Assembly (NCBI GenBank): GCA_964022095.1
Contig: CAXHZO010000011.1
Coordinates: 1-64,000 of the forward strand
Length of the DNA stretch: 64,000 nt
DNA from: an uncultured Arcobacteraceae bacterium
GTDB lineage: Bacteria; Campylobacterota; Campylobacteria; Campylobacterales; Arcobacteraceae
Direction: 5' to 3'
This document shows, piece after piece, positions 33,731 to 42,300 of this stretch. The notes under the pieces were generated by a model. It was not told where the DNA came from and searched no databases. It saw nothing but the letters and a program-made list of their open reading frames with translations. Position 1 is the first letter of the stretch. The number at the start of each line of letters is the position of its first letter. The translations under genes were made by a program, and so were the position numbers.

Positions 33731-34837
33731 ATGAAAAGATCATTTGTAAGAGAAATATTAGAATCAATTGATGAACAAACAATATCATTTGCAGGTGGCT
33801 TACCAAACGAAAAATTATTTCCAAGTAAACAATTAAAAAAATGCGCAAAAAAAGTATTAAAAGATAAAAATATTTATCAATATAGTTTAAGTAATGGAAT
33901 ACTTCCTTTAAGGCAAAAAATTGCAAAAAGGTACACAAATGAGGGCTTTGAAACAAATGAAGAAAATATTATGATTACAACAGGTAGCCAACAAGCTATG
34001 TTTATACTTGCAAAATATTTTGAACAAAAAGAGATTACTTTAGAATGCCCATCATATCTAGGAGCAATAAATATTTTTAAATTAAACAATATAAAAATGA
34101 ATAGTATAAAATTAAAAGAAAAGGGAATAAAGCTAAATGATTTTGAAAAAAGTTTCAAAAAAAACAAACTTGCATATTTAATTCCTGATTTTCAAAACCC
34201 AACATCAAAAACATATAGTGAAAAATCAAGAAAAGAAGTTGCAAGTATTATAAGAAAGTACAATGGACTTCTAATAGAAGATTCCCCATATAGTGAATTG
34301 TATTTTGATAAAAAAATGACTTCTATTAGTTCTTATATTCCAAACAATAGTTTTCATCTAGGAAGCTTTTCAAAGACTTTAAGCCCAAGTCTAAGGCTTG
34401 GTTGGATTAGAGCATCAAAAGAGCTTATTGACTCGCTAATGATTATAAAAGAGAGTATTGATTTACATTCAAGTGGAATATCTCAACATATTTTAAATGA
34501 ATATTTAAGTGATGAAAATATGTATGAAGAACATATACAAACAATTAGAAATAATTACAAAAAAAAGATGAACTACTTTTGTAAGTGTTTAGATAAATAT
34601 CTACCTACATTTAAATATAAAAAACCAAAAGGTGGAATGTTTATTTATGGAAGTTTTAAAGATATTGATACATTTAAATTAGTACAAAAAACAATGAAAG
34701 AAAAAGTTTTATTTGTACCGGGGAATCAATTTTATGAAAATAAAGAGCTTGAAAATAACCAGATCAGATTTAATTTTACTAACTCAAAATTAAAAAATAT
34801 GAAAAAAGGAATTAAAAAAATTGCTTCTTTAATCTAA
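33731..34837 (+). CDS. PLP-dependent class I/II aminotransferase (MocR/LysN-like), divergent from the AraC gene
   Basis: ISFAGGLP, TTGSQQA, PDFQNPT, EDSPY, GSFSKTLSPSLRLGW. Confidence 0.9.
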   Translation: MKRSFVREILESIDEQTISFAGGLPNEKLFPSKQLKKCAKKVLKDKNIYQYSLSNGILPLRQKIAKRYTNEGFETNEENIMITTGSQQAMFILAKYFEQKEITLECPSYLGAINIFKLNNIKMNSIKLKEKGIKLNDFEKSFKKNKLAYLIPDFQNPTSKTYSEKSRKEVASIIRKYNGLLIEDSPYSELYFDKKMTSISSYIPNNSFHLGSFSKTLSPSLRLGWIRASKELIDSLMIIKESIDLHSSGISQHILNEYLSDENMYEEHIQTIRNNYKKKMNYFCKCLDKYLPTFKYKKPKGGMFIYGSFKDIDTFKLVQKTMKEKVLFVPGNQFYENKELENNQIRFNFTNSKLKNMKKGIKKIASLI

Positions 34838-36157
34838 AGGAATATTTATAACTGTCTTTAAACCTTTATACTCTTCATCTTCAAAAGTAAAGTTTATATT
34901 TTCACTATAAACTTTACCTGATATTCCATTTTTTACTAGATTATAAACTATATTTAATCCCAATCCGGTACCAATATTTTTATGCTTAGTTGTAAAATAT
35001 GGCTCATAGATTTTTTCTAAGAAGGCATCTTTAGAGTTATTAAAAATATTTAATAAAATTTGCAGAATTTCATTAGGATAGTTATATAGTATCTCATCAT
35101 TAAGTATATTAATTTTTAAGTTAATATTATTAAACCATAACACAGGTTTAGTTAATTCATTAAAACTACTAATAACTTCAGAAACTTTAAAATGTACTTT
35201 ATCTTTTTCACCTTTTATGTACTCTCTAAAATCATCAATTGTTTTTGATAGATACTGTACATTATCGTTTATATATTTACAGTTTTCTTCTAAATTTTCT
35301 TTTGTAAGTATATTATTATCGCTTTGAATAATAATTCCTGTGGCACTTGAAGAAATGACAGATAAGGGCTGTCTCCACTGATGAGCTATATTTGCAATCA
35401 TTTCACCCATTGAAGCTAATTTTGCTTGTTCAAATAAAATTTTGTCTTTTGCTTTATTTTTTTCAATTTCTTCTTTGATTTTTTCATCTAAGTTTTTATT
35501 TAAATCTTTTAACTTATCACTTCTTTCTTTGATTTTTGTTTGCATTTGAATCATAGATTTTGAAAGTACACTCACTTCGTCATTTGAAAAAATTTGTTTT
35601 ATCTTGTAATTTTCATCTTCACCAAGTTTTTTTGCATCAATTTCTAATTTTTCTAAATTTTTTGAGAGGGTATAACCAATTAAATATGCCATTAATAAAG
35701 ACAATAGCAATTCAAGTAAAATAATCTTATACATAGTATTTTTATGATTTTCAATAATCGAGTAATTTTTCTGAAAATCTAACCAAATTTCTAAATAGCC
35801 TAACTTTAGATCATTTTGAATTAATGATATTTTTTCTACTGTAGAGTTTGATATATTTTGTGCATCTCCAACCTGAGATAAAAGTAAATTTGAAGAGTCA
35901 AAAACTTTCATCAATTTTACATTTTGATGTTCAATCATATTTTTTAATATATTATCAATTGTTCCAATATCACAATTAGAAACTGGGACTTTCAATAACT
36001 TTTTACTAAGATTTTTAATAAATTTTTCTTTTTCATCAATTAGTTTATATGATGAATTATTTATAAAGTTAATATTAAAGTATATAATCAATGCCAAAAA
36101 GATTGATTCAAGGAGAACAAAAGAAAAAATAAATTTATATTTAAATGAAAAGTTCAA
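34829..36157 (-). CDS. Membrane sensor histidine kinase (HAMP-HisKA-HATPase) with apparent internal deletion of the G1 box; possibly inactive
   Basis: H-box MGEMIANIAHQWRQPL, N-box NIFNNSKDA joined directly to F-box KIYEPYFTTK and G2 GTGLGL; no DxGxG motif. Confidence 0.8.
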   Translation of the reverse strand: MNFSFKYKFIFSFVLLESIFLALIIYFNINFINNSSYKLIDEKEKFIKNLSKKLLKVPVSNCDIGTIDNILKNMIEHQNVKLMKVFDSSNLLLSQVGDAQNISNSTVEKISLIQNDLKLGYLEIWLDFQKNYSIIENHKNTMYKIILLELLLSLLMAYLIGYTLSKNLEKLEIDAKKLGEDENYKIKQIFSNDEVSVLSKSMIQMQTKIKERSDKLKDLNKNLDEKIKEEIEKNKAKDKILFEQAKLASMGEMIANIAHQWRQPLSVISSSATGIIIQSDNNILTKENLEENCKYINDNVQYLSKTIDDFREYIKGEKDKVHFKVSEVISSFNELTKPVLWFNNINLKINILNDEILYNYPNEILQILLNIFNNSKDAFLEKIYEPYFTTKHKNIGTGLGLNIVYNLVKNGISGKVYSENINFTFEDEEYKGLKTVINIPLD

Positions 36158-36211
36158 ATTAAAGCCTAATATTAAATGAATATTGATTCACATTATACTA
36201 TAAAGAGTTTA

Positions 36212-36238
36212 TAAAATAGGGATTAAATCCCTATTTTA
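36212..36238 (-). terminator. Intrinsic terminator downstream of the sulfite/nitrite reductase
   Basis: taaaatagggat...atccctatttta inverted repeat. Confidence 0.7.
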
Positions 36239-36246
36239 ATCAAGTT

Positions 36247-37818
36247 TTATTTATTTAATTCAATATTGTTTAAATAGTCTTTAAAAGTTACATGTCCTAA
36301 ATTGTCAGTTTGATAATCTGTTATTAAGTCAGTCACAAAATTTACTAATTTTGTAGCTTGTACTTTTACACCAGTTTTTTTAGCAATTCTACTTAGTTTT
36401 TCACCTTGTAAGTGTCCACCAAGTAATACATCATAACCCTCTACTCTATTACCATCTTCATCTCTAACTTTTGTTCCCACAAAACCTATATCAGAAATTT
36501 GAGGTTGAGAACATCCATTTCCACATCCAGAAATTGCAATCATTACTGGCTCATCAAAATCAGGGTTTTTTTCTTCAAGCTCAAGTACAACTTTTTTTGC
36601 ATACTCTTTAGTTTCTGTAATACCAAATTTACAGAACTCAATTCCAGTACATGATTGTAATCTTGCTCTAAATGGTGTTGGTTTATATGGATATCCAAGT
36701 GCATCGAATTCATCAGCTAAAGCTTGAGCTACCTCATCTTTAACACCATATACAATAAAGTTTTGAGTTGAAGTTAGAGCTATTCCACCTGCATTATATT
36801 TTTTACAAATGTCACTCATAATTTTAAAATCAGTACCTTCAACTCTACCAGAGTTTGTTGCAAATCCTACAAAAGATTCACCCTCTTGTTTTGCTTTATG
36901 AATACCAAAGTGATCTCTTTGATTAAACGGTGTGATTTCAGGCTCAACAGTTCCAACTTGAAGTTTATATCTAAGTTGATTTTCAATCTCATCAACAAAC
37001 TTTTCTAATCCCCACTCATTTACTAAGTGTCTAACTCTTGCTTTGTTTCTATTATGTCTATTACCATTATCTCTAAAGATTTCAGCACATACAACTGCTA
37101 CGTCTAAAACTTGTTCTGGTTTTACATATCTATTTGCTCTATATGCAATTTGTTTTGATTTTGATAATCCACCTGCAAGTGTTAAATCAAATAAAACTTC
37201 TCCATTTTCATCTTTAAATGCTGTAAATGCAACATCTTGAATTTCATGTGCAACTGCATGTTTTGAACATCCTGAAATTCCTATTTTATATTTTCTAGGG
37301 AAGTTACAAAATCTATCTTCATTTTCATCAAAGTATGTATCTACTTGTTGTGCTAATACACTTGCATCAATAATTTCTTCAGGATCAATTCCACCAACTG
37401 GAGAAGTCATAATAGGTCTTGGTCCATCACCTGATGCCATTCTTGAAGTTAATCCAACACTATCTAATAATTCGAACATTGCTGGAATCTCTTTTATTTG
37501 AATGTAATGAAACTGTACATTTTGTCTATCTGTAAAATCAACTAAACCTTGTGCATAATCTAAACCAATCTTAGCCATTACTTCTAATTGCTCTAAGTTC
37601 ATTTTTGCATCAGTTAATTTAATTCTTTTCATAAAGTATGCTTTATCTTCTAAATCATCTTTATTAATATGTGGGTACATTCCATACCACTTTAAAAGTC
37701 CAATATATTCTGGCTTTAAAGGAACTCCTTCCTTTGCTTCTTTGAACATATCATCAACTACTCTTAAAGGATTTCTTGAAGCCTTTAATTTTTCTAAGTC
37801 TGATAACTCTTTTTCCAT
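36247..37818 (-). CDS. Siroheme/4Fe-4S sulfite or nitrite reductase (Sir/NirA family), more sulfite-type
   Basis: SCTGIEFCKFG and SGCGNGC ligands; FTDRQNVQFH; PRKYK with Lys (plant-type NiRs have Asn here). Confidence 0.85.
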   Translation of the reverse strand: MEKELSDLEKLKASRNPLRVVDDMFKEAKEGVPLKPEYIGLLKWYGMYPHINKDDLEDKAYFMKRIKLTDAKMNLEQLEVMAKIGLDYAQGLVDFTDRQNVQFHYIQIKEIPAMFELLDSVGLTSRMASGDGPRPIMTSPVGGIDPEEIIDASVLAQQVDTYFDENEDRFCNFPRKYKIGISGCSKHAVAHEIQDVAFTAFKDENGEVLFDLTLAGGLSKSKQIAYRANRYVKPEQVLDVAVVCAEIFRDNGNRHNRNKARVRHLVNEWGLEKFVDEIENQLRYKLQVGTVEPEITPFNQRDHFGIHKAKQEGESFVGFATNSGRVEGTDFKIMSDICKKYNAGGIALTSTQNFIVYGVKDEVAQALADEFDALGYPYKPTPFRARLQSCTGIEFCKFGITETKEYAKKVVLELEEKNPDFDEPVMIAISGCGNGCSQPQISDIGFVGTKVRDEDGNRVEGYDVLLGGHLQGEKLSRIAKKTGVKVQATKLVNFVTDLITDYQTDNLGHVTFKDYLNNIELNK

Positions 37819-38082
37819 GCTTTTCTCCTAGTTTTTTAAACTATATTTGTAAAATTATATCAGCTTTTCTTGAAAAACTAATTAATTTAATCTTGATTAT
37901 TTTACTATAGTATTAAAAATGATAAGTTTTTTTACTCAAAAATTAATTTATTCCAAAAAAAATATTATTTGCCAAGAAAAAAAATTGTATTAAAGTGCCT
38001 ATAAATAAGGTCTTTTTTTTAAGTAAAATCATATTAAGTTTTATTTAAGTTTATTTCTAAATTTATGATTTATAATTCCGAT

Positions 38083-38211
38083 ATAGAATAAGAAGTATGT
38101 ATTAGGCATTCTAGAAATTTAATCATTTGGCGATGGGATAAATTTCTAGAATATGTTGACTCTTTTATAAAGAGTTCTTCATACTAACTAAAAAATCTTA
38201 GTTTTTAGTTA
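38083..38211 (+). ncRNA. Candidate structured RNA or 5' leader (unassigned)
   Basis: TATAAT at 38071-38076 followed by four stems, including a perfect 14-bp stem 38108-38121/38139-38152. Confidence 0.4.
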
Positions 38212-38232
38212 AATATTTGGAGTAAACTAACT

Positions 38233-38454
38233 ATGTTAAAATTTTTAATGATTACGCTTGTAATATGTTCAATCTCGCTATTTGCAAATGAAGATATGGA
38301 CCAACTAGACCAAATAAATAAATGCGATATAGTTTATGATAACTGTGCATTAAAATGTGAAAAAAACGATTCAACTGACAATGAAGAGTGTTACGCAAAG
38401 TGTGAAGCACTATTTGACAAATGTCAAAATGAATCTGAAAACTTAGAAAACTAA
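38233..38454 (+). CDS. Small secreted acidic six-cysteine protein
   Basis: GGAG RBS, signal peptide ending SLFA, mature C-x6-C-x3-C-x10-C-x3-C-x6-C. Confidence 0.75.
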   Translation: MLKFLMITLVICSISLFANEDMDQLDQINKCDIVYDNCALKCEKNDSTDNEECYAKCEALFDKCQNESENLEN

Positions 38455-38503
38455 TTTTTGTTTTTTCTTCTTATTCTATATTTATTTTATTAGGAGAACA
38501 AAA

Positions 38504-39589
38504 TTGGATAGTTTTGTAAAAAATGAGCCAATTAAAAATTTTATTCCATTCTTTGATTTACTAAAACAGCTTATTAGAATACCAAGTGTAACGGGAGCTG
38601 AGCACTCTTTTTTACTATATTTAAAAAGAGAACTTGAAGAAATCGGAATAAAAACACAACACTATGATGGACTTTTAGTAGCCCAAGGTAATAATCCCCA
38701 AAAAGGTATGCTAAGCGCGCATATAGATAGACACGGTATTATTTGCACTGGTCCAAATGAGTTTCAATTTGCAGCATTTCTTGCAAAGAATAGTTCTGAT
38801 TTAAAAGGCAATTCTTTATCAGAACAGACTTATCAACTAATTGCATCTAGATATATAAATCAACAAGTTCAAGCTTATGAGCCTTGGAGTGGATCATATT
38901 TAGGTTTAGGAAAAATTGATGATGTGTTTATTGATAAAAGAGTAAACAACCTATTTTTTAAAATTGATGGGCTATCTCACTTATTACCTGGAACACCTAT
39001 TGCATTTAGTGATAAACTAAAAAAAGATGATGATCTAATAAGCGCACAACTTGATAATGTAATATCTGCTGCAATAATTGTATATCTTTACCAAAACGGT
39101 TATGAAGGAACTGCATTTTTCACAGCACAAGAAGAGGCTGGAAAATCTTGGAGATATGTTTATGAGTGGTTTAAAAAAAATGATTTGACTACTGATGAAC
39201 TATTAGTATTAGATACAAGTCCTTTTGATACAAGACAAGAAGCAAATATGCAACAAGTCGTACTAAGAAATCAAGATGCAAATGCAAAATTTAAATCAAA
39301 AGTTTTAAATGATTTAAAAAAATATTGTAGAAAAAATAAAATTGAATTTATCTGTAAAGATACATTCATAAAAAACAAAAACAAATTACGAATTGAAAAT
39401 GGCCTAGAACCAATAACAATTGGGAGTACTGAGCTTGGAAGAATTGTAAAAGAATCCAATGGAAAAATTCAAGGGACAACTCTTCAAATTCCAACAACAG
39501 GTTATCATACAGTAGAAGAAACAGCTTCTATAAAATCTGTAAAAGCCATAATTCAAATCTTAAGTGATTTGTATATTAATAAAGTATAA
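38504..39589 (+). CDS. M20/M28/M42-clan zinc metallo-hydrolase
   Basis: IPSVTGAE, SAHIDR, AQLDN, AQEE, LD, GYHT metal ligands. Confidence 0.85.
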   Translation: MDSFVKNEPIKNFIPFFDLLKQLIRIPSVTGAEHSFLLYLKRELEEIGIKTQHYDGLLVAQGNNPQKGMLSAHIDRHGIICTGPNEFQFAAFLAKNSSDLKGNSLSEQTYQLIASRYINQQVQAYEPWSGSYLGLGKIDDVFIDKRVNNLFFKIDGLSHLLPGTPIAFSDKLKKDDDLISAQLDNVISAAIIVYLYQNGYEGTAFFTAQEEAGKSWRYVYEWFKKNDLTTDELLVLDTSPFDTRQEANMQQVVLRNQDANAKFKSKVLNDLKKYCRKNKIEFICKDTFIKNKNKLRIENGLEPITIGSTELGRIVKESNGKIQGTTLQIPTTGYHTVEETASIKSVKAIIQILSDLYINKV

Positions 39590-39600
39590 AAGGTTTAATA

Positions 39601-39837
39601 ATGGATTTAGCAATTGTTTATGAACTAAGAGCTAATGATGTAAAAGAGGAACACATTAAGCTGATTATGGAAAAAGTTAAAAATAGATTCACCGAAGAAA
39701 ATATTGATTTAGAACTAGTAAAATTGGGTTATCAAAAAATGTTTACAGTAGATTATGATGAATACGATGAATATGGCTATAATGAATTGGATTATGTTTC
39801 AAATCAGAAAGGGCACCATGAAGAAGACTTTGAGTAA
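39601..39837 (+). CDS. Hypothetical acidic protein
   Basis: AAGG RBS, in operon; D/E/Y-rich C-terminal tail. Confidence 0.7.
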   Translation: MDLAIVYELRANDVKEEHIKLIMEKVKNRFTEENIDLELVKLGYQKMFTVDYDEYDEYGYNELDYVSNQKGHHEEDFE

Positions 39838-40225
39838 CAAAGAGCTAGTAAAACTATACTATGAAGAGTTATGGAATAAAAAGAATAAAGATTACATAGA
39901 TATTTTATTTGATGACAATTTTACATTTCATGGCTCATTAAATGTTACAGCAAATGGTAAAAAAGAGTTTGAAAAATATATGGATACTATATTCACGGGT
40001 ATTCCATCACTATTTCACAGTATTGTATCTATGGTTTGTGAAAATGATCAAATTGCAGTAAGAGCACTATATAATGGAAGACATACAGGAAAACTTTTTG
40101 AATATGAAGCTAGTAATAATAAGATAGTTTATAATGGTGCTTCATTTTTTAAATTTGCAGATGGAAAAATTATTGATATCTGGGTTTTAGGTGATTTAAA
40201 TAACTTGACAAAGCAATTAACATGA
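39818..40225 (+). CDS. SnoaL-like ester cyclase / NTF2-fold protein (start reassigned to ATG 39818)
   Basis: NKELVKLYYEELWN, GRHTG, FADGKI..W; AAAGGG RBS before 39818. Confidence 0.85.
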   Translation: MKKTLSNKELVKLYYEELWNKKNKDYIDILFDDNFTFHGSLNVTANGKKEFEKYMDTIFTGIPSLFHSIVSMVCENDQIAVRALYNGRHTGKLFEYEASNNKIVYNGASFFKFADGKIIDIWVLGDLNNLTKQLT

Positions 40226-40241
40226 TTTTAAATGATTCAAA

Positions 40242-40952
40242 TTGAGACAAATTAGTAACAAGGTTTTTTGTGAAGATTTTTTATTAGACTTTGATATTCA
40301 AACAAAAATATTACCAAACCCATATTATGATTATCCATATTTAATTATTGAAAACTTTTTTGATTTAGATGAGTGTAAATTAGTAAATAATATTACTAAA
40401 AAAAATAATGACTTTCAAAAAGCACAAGTTTTAATTTCAAAAGAAGTTGTTACAAGTAAAACAAATGAGAATATTAGAAAAACAAATATTTATAAATTAG
40501 ATGAAATATTACAAAAAATTTATGATGAAAGATTTATTAAGTATCAAAAACAAATAGAAGAGTTTTTCAAACTTCCAATTAGCACAACATCCAATCTACA
40601 AGTACTAGAGTATCAAGAAGGTTGTTTTTATAATATGCACAGTGATGATTCTAGTATGTTATATAAAGATGATGAATTAGTTGGATTTATACCAGTAACA
40701 AAAGAGAGAAAAATATCTACTGTTTTATTTACAACTTCGTATGATGAAAATATTGATGAAAATAGTTTTTTAGGGGGAGAGCTTTTGTTTAATTTTTTAT
40801 ATGACATAAATGGAAATCAAATAAAAATTAAACCAAAAGCTGGGAATATGGTAGTATTCTTAAGTAATCCCTACTTCACACATGAAGTATTAAAAGTAAA
40901 ACAAGGGAGAAGAATCTCCCTTGTTCAGTGGCACAATGCTATTGTAAACTAA
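40242..40952 (+). CDS. 2OG-Fe(II) oxygenase (prolyl-4-hydroxylase-like)
   Basis: HSD...H facial triad, GGEL, HEV..V..GRR.SLV.W. Confidence 0.88.
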   Translation: MRQISNKVFCEDFLLDFDIQTKILPNPYYDYPYLIIENFFDLDECKLVNNITKKNNDFQKAQVLISKEVVTSKTNENIRKTNIYKLDEILQKIYDERFIKYQKQIEEFFKLPISTTSNLQVLEYQEGCFYNMHSDDSSMLYKDDELVGFIPVTKERKISTVLFTTSYDENIDENSFLGGELLFNFLYDINGNQIKIKPKAGNMVVFLSNPYFTHEVLKVKQGRRISLVQWHNAIVN

Positions 40953-40972
40953 AGTAAGTTTTCTTACTTTAG
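40950..40972. terminator. Short bidirectional terminator between convergent genes
   Basis: taaagtaag-tttt-cttacttta inverted repeat including both stop codons. Confidence 0.55.
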
Positions 40973-41397
40973 TAACTTAGATTTTGATAATCTTTATTTA
41001 ATAAATTTGTAGCAACATCCATTGGTTTTGCAACAGTAATTCCATCTAATAATACAGATGCATCTTTGTTAGCATTTGGTAAATAAAGTGGACAAACTTG
41101 AACATTAGCACCTTTTTTGATTAGGCCATTTAAAAGCATTTTTGGTGATTTATTTTTTGGTTTTAAAGTTTCACCTTTGATATTTTTATCTGCTAAATCT
41201 CCTGCTTTTGAACATAAAACAATATTTACATCTTTTCCTTGTTTTTTAGCCATTGTTGATAAAACCATTGCCATCATTTGAGTTTGACTATCTGCTGAAG
41301 TTACAACTACGTTTAATCCCTTTGCGCTATTTTCACTTGCATATAAATTTGCCGATAAAAAAAGTACACTTACAAATACTAATATTTTCTTTAACAT
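40969..41397 (-). CDS. Exported DsrE/DsrF-like protein
   Basis: Signal peptide; LCSKAGDLA and VQVCPLYLPN resemble the DsrE fold. Confidence 0.7.
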   Translation of the reverse strand: MLKKILVFVSVLFLSANLYASENSAKGLNVVVTSADSQTQMMAMVLSTMAKKQGKDVNIVLCSKAGDLADKNIKGETLKPKNKSPKMLLNGLIKKGANVQVCPLYLPNANKDASVLLDGITVAKPMDVATNLLNKDYQNLSY

Positions 41398-41565
41398 AAG
41401 TTTTCCTTATAATTTATTGATTAGTTTTACTAATAAAACTTTTCAATTATAGGTCTAATAAACTTATATTATTATTAAACGTAAATATTTTTGTTATTAA
41501 TTAATTTTATACGTTAAATAGGTAAGTTTTTATATAATCAAAAAAATATTTCATAAAGAGTATAG

Positions 41566-42300
41566 ATGCTACTTACACCTCAACAACTTGAAAAATTCCA
41601 TGAAGATGGCTTTTTAGTTCTTAAAAATTTTGCACCACATCAATTGTGTGATGAAATCTTAGAAAAAGCCAAAGAACACCTAAATAAAAAACTTGCACCC
41701 ATAGAGAGTGAGCAAGAGTATATGAATATAAATGAAGATGAAATTACAGTTAGAAGACTAAGACAAGTATATGATAGAGAAGAAGTTTTTAGAACTTGGA
41801 TGACAAATCAAGAAATCAGACCTATCTTAAAACAGATCTTAAATGACACTCCTGTTTTAACTTTGGCACATCATAACTCTATTATGACAAAGCTTCCAAA
41901 AGAGAGTACTAGAACATACTGGCATCAAGATAGAAGATATTGGAACTTTGAAAATGACAATTTAGTTTCTGTTTGGCTTTCACTTGGAAATGAGTTTATA
42001 GAAAATGGATTATTGGAGTTTATTCCAAGAAGTCATAAAATGGATTTTGGCTCTGATAGATTTGATGAAAAATCAAACTTTTTAGATGAAAACGAAGAGA
42101 ATATAAAACTAATTCATCAAAGAACTTACACAAACTTAGAAAAAGGTGATGTTGTTTTATTTCACTGTAAAACACTGCACCATGCTAGTAAAAACACAAC
42201 AGATACTCCTAAAATCTCTTTTGTGTACACAGTAAGAGCGCAAAGTAATAAACCAATAAAAGATACAAGAAGTGATTTTAAGGAAGTAATACTTGACTAA
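41566..42300 (+). CDS. Phytanoyl-CoA dioxygenase (PhyH) family 2OG-Fe(II) enzyme
   Basis: F.EDGFLV, WHQD, NGLLEFIPRSH, GDVVLFH..TLH. Confidence 0.9.
   Translation: MLLTPQQLEKFHEDGFLVLKNFAPHQLCDEILEKAKEHLNKKLAPIESEQEYMNINEDEITVRRLRQVYDREEVFRTWMTNQEIRPILKQILNDTPVLTLAHHNSIMTKLPKESTRTYWHQDRRYWNFENDNLVSVWLSLGNEFIENGLLEFIPRSHKMDFGSDRFDEKSNFLDENEENIKLIHQRTYTNLEKGDVVLFHCKTLHHASKNTTDTPKISFVYTVRAQSNKPIKDTRSDFKEVILD

Noticed and set aside
37915-37940. aatgataag Fur-like half site upstream of the siroheme reductase
   Set aside because: Second half of the palindrome is missing in very AT-rich DNA.
39755-39817. Met/Asn-rich N-terminal extension of the SnoaL ORF
   Set aside because: Alternate-frame read of the upstream gene's tail; the better start with RBS is 39818.
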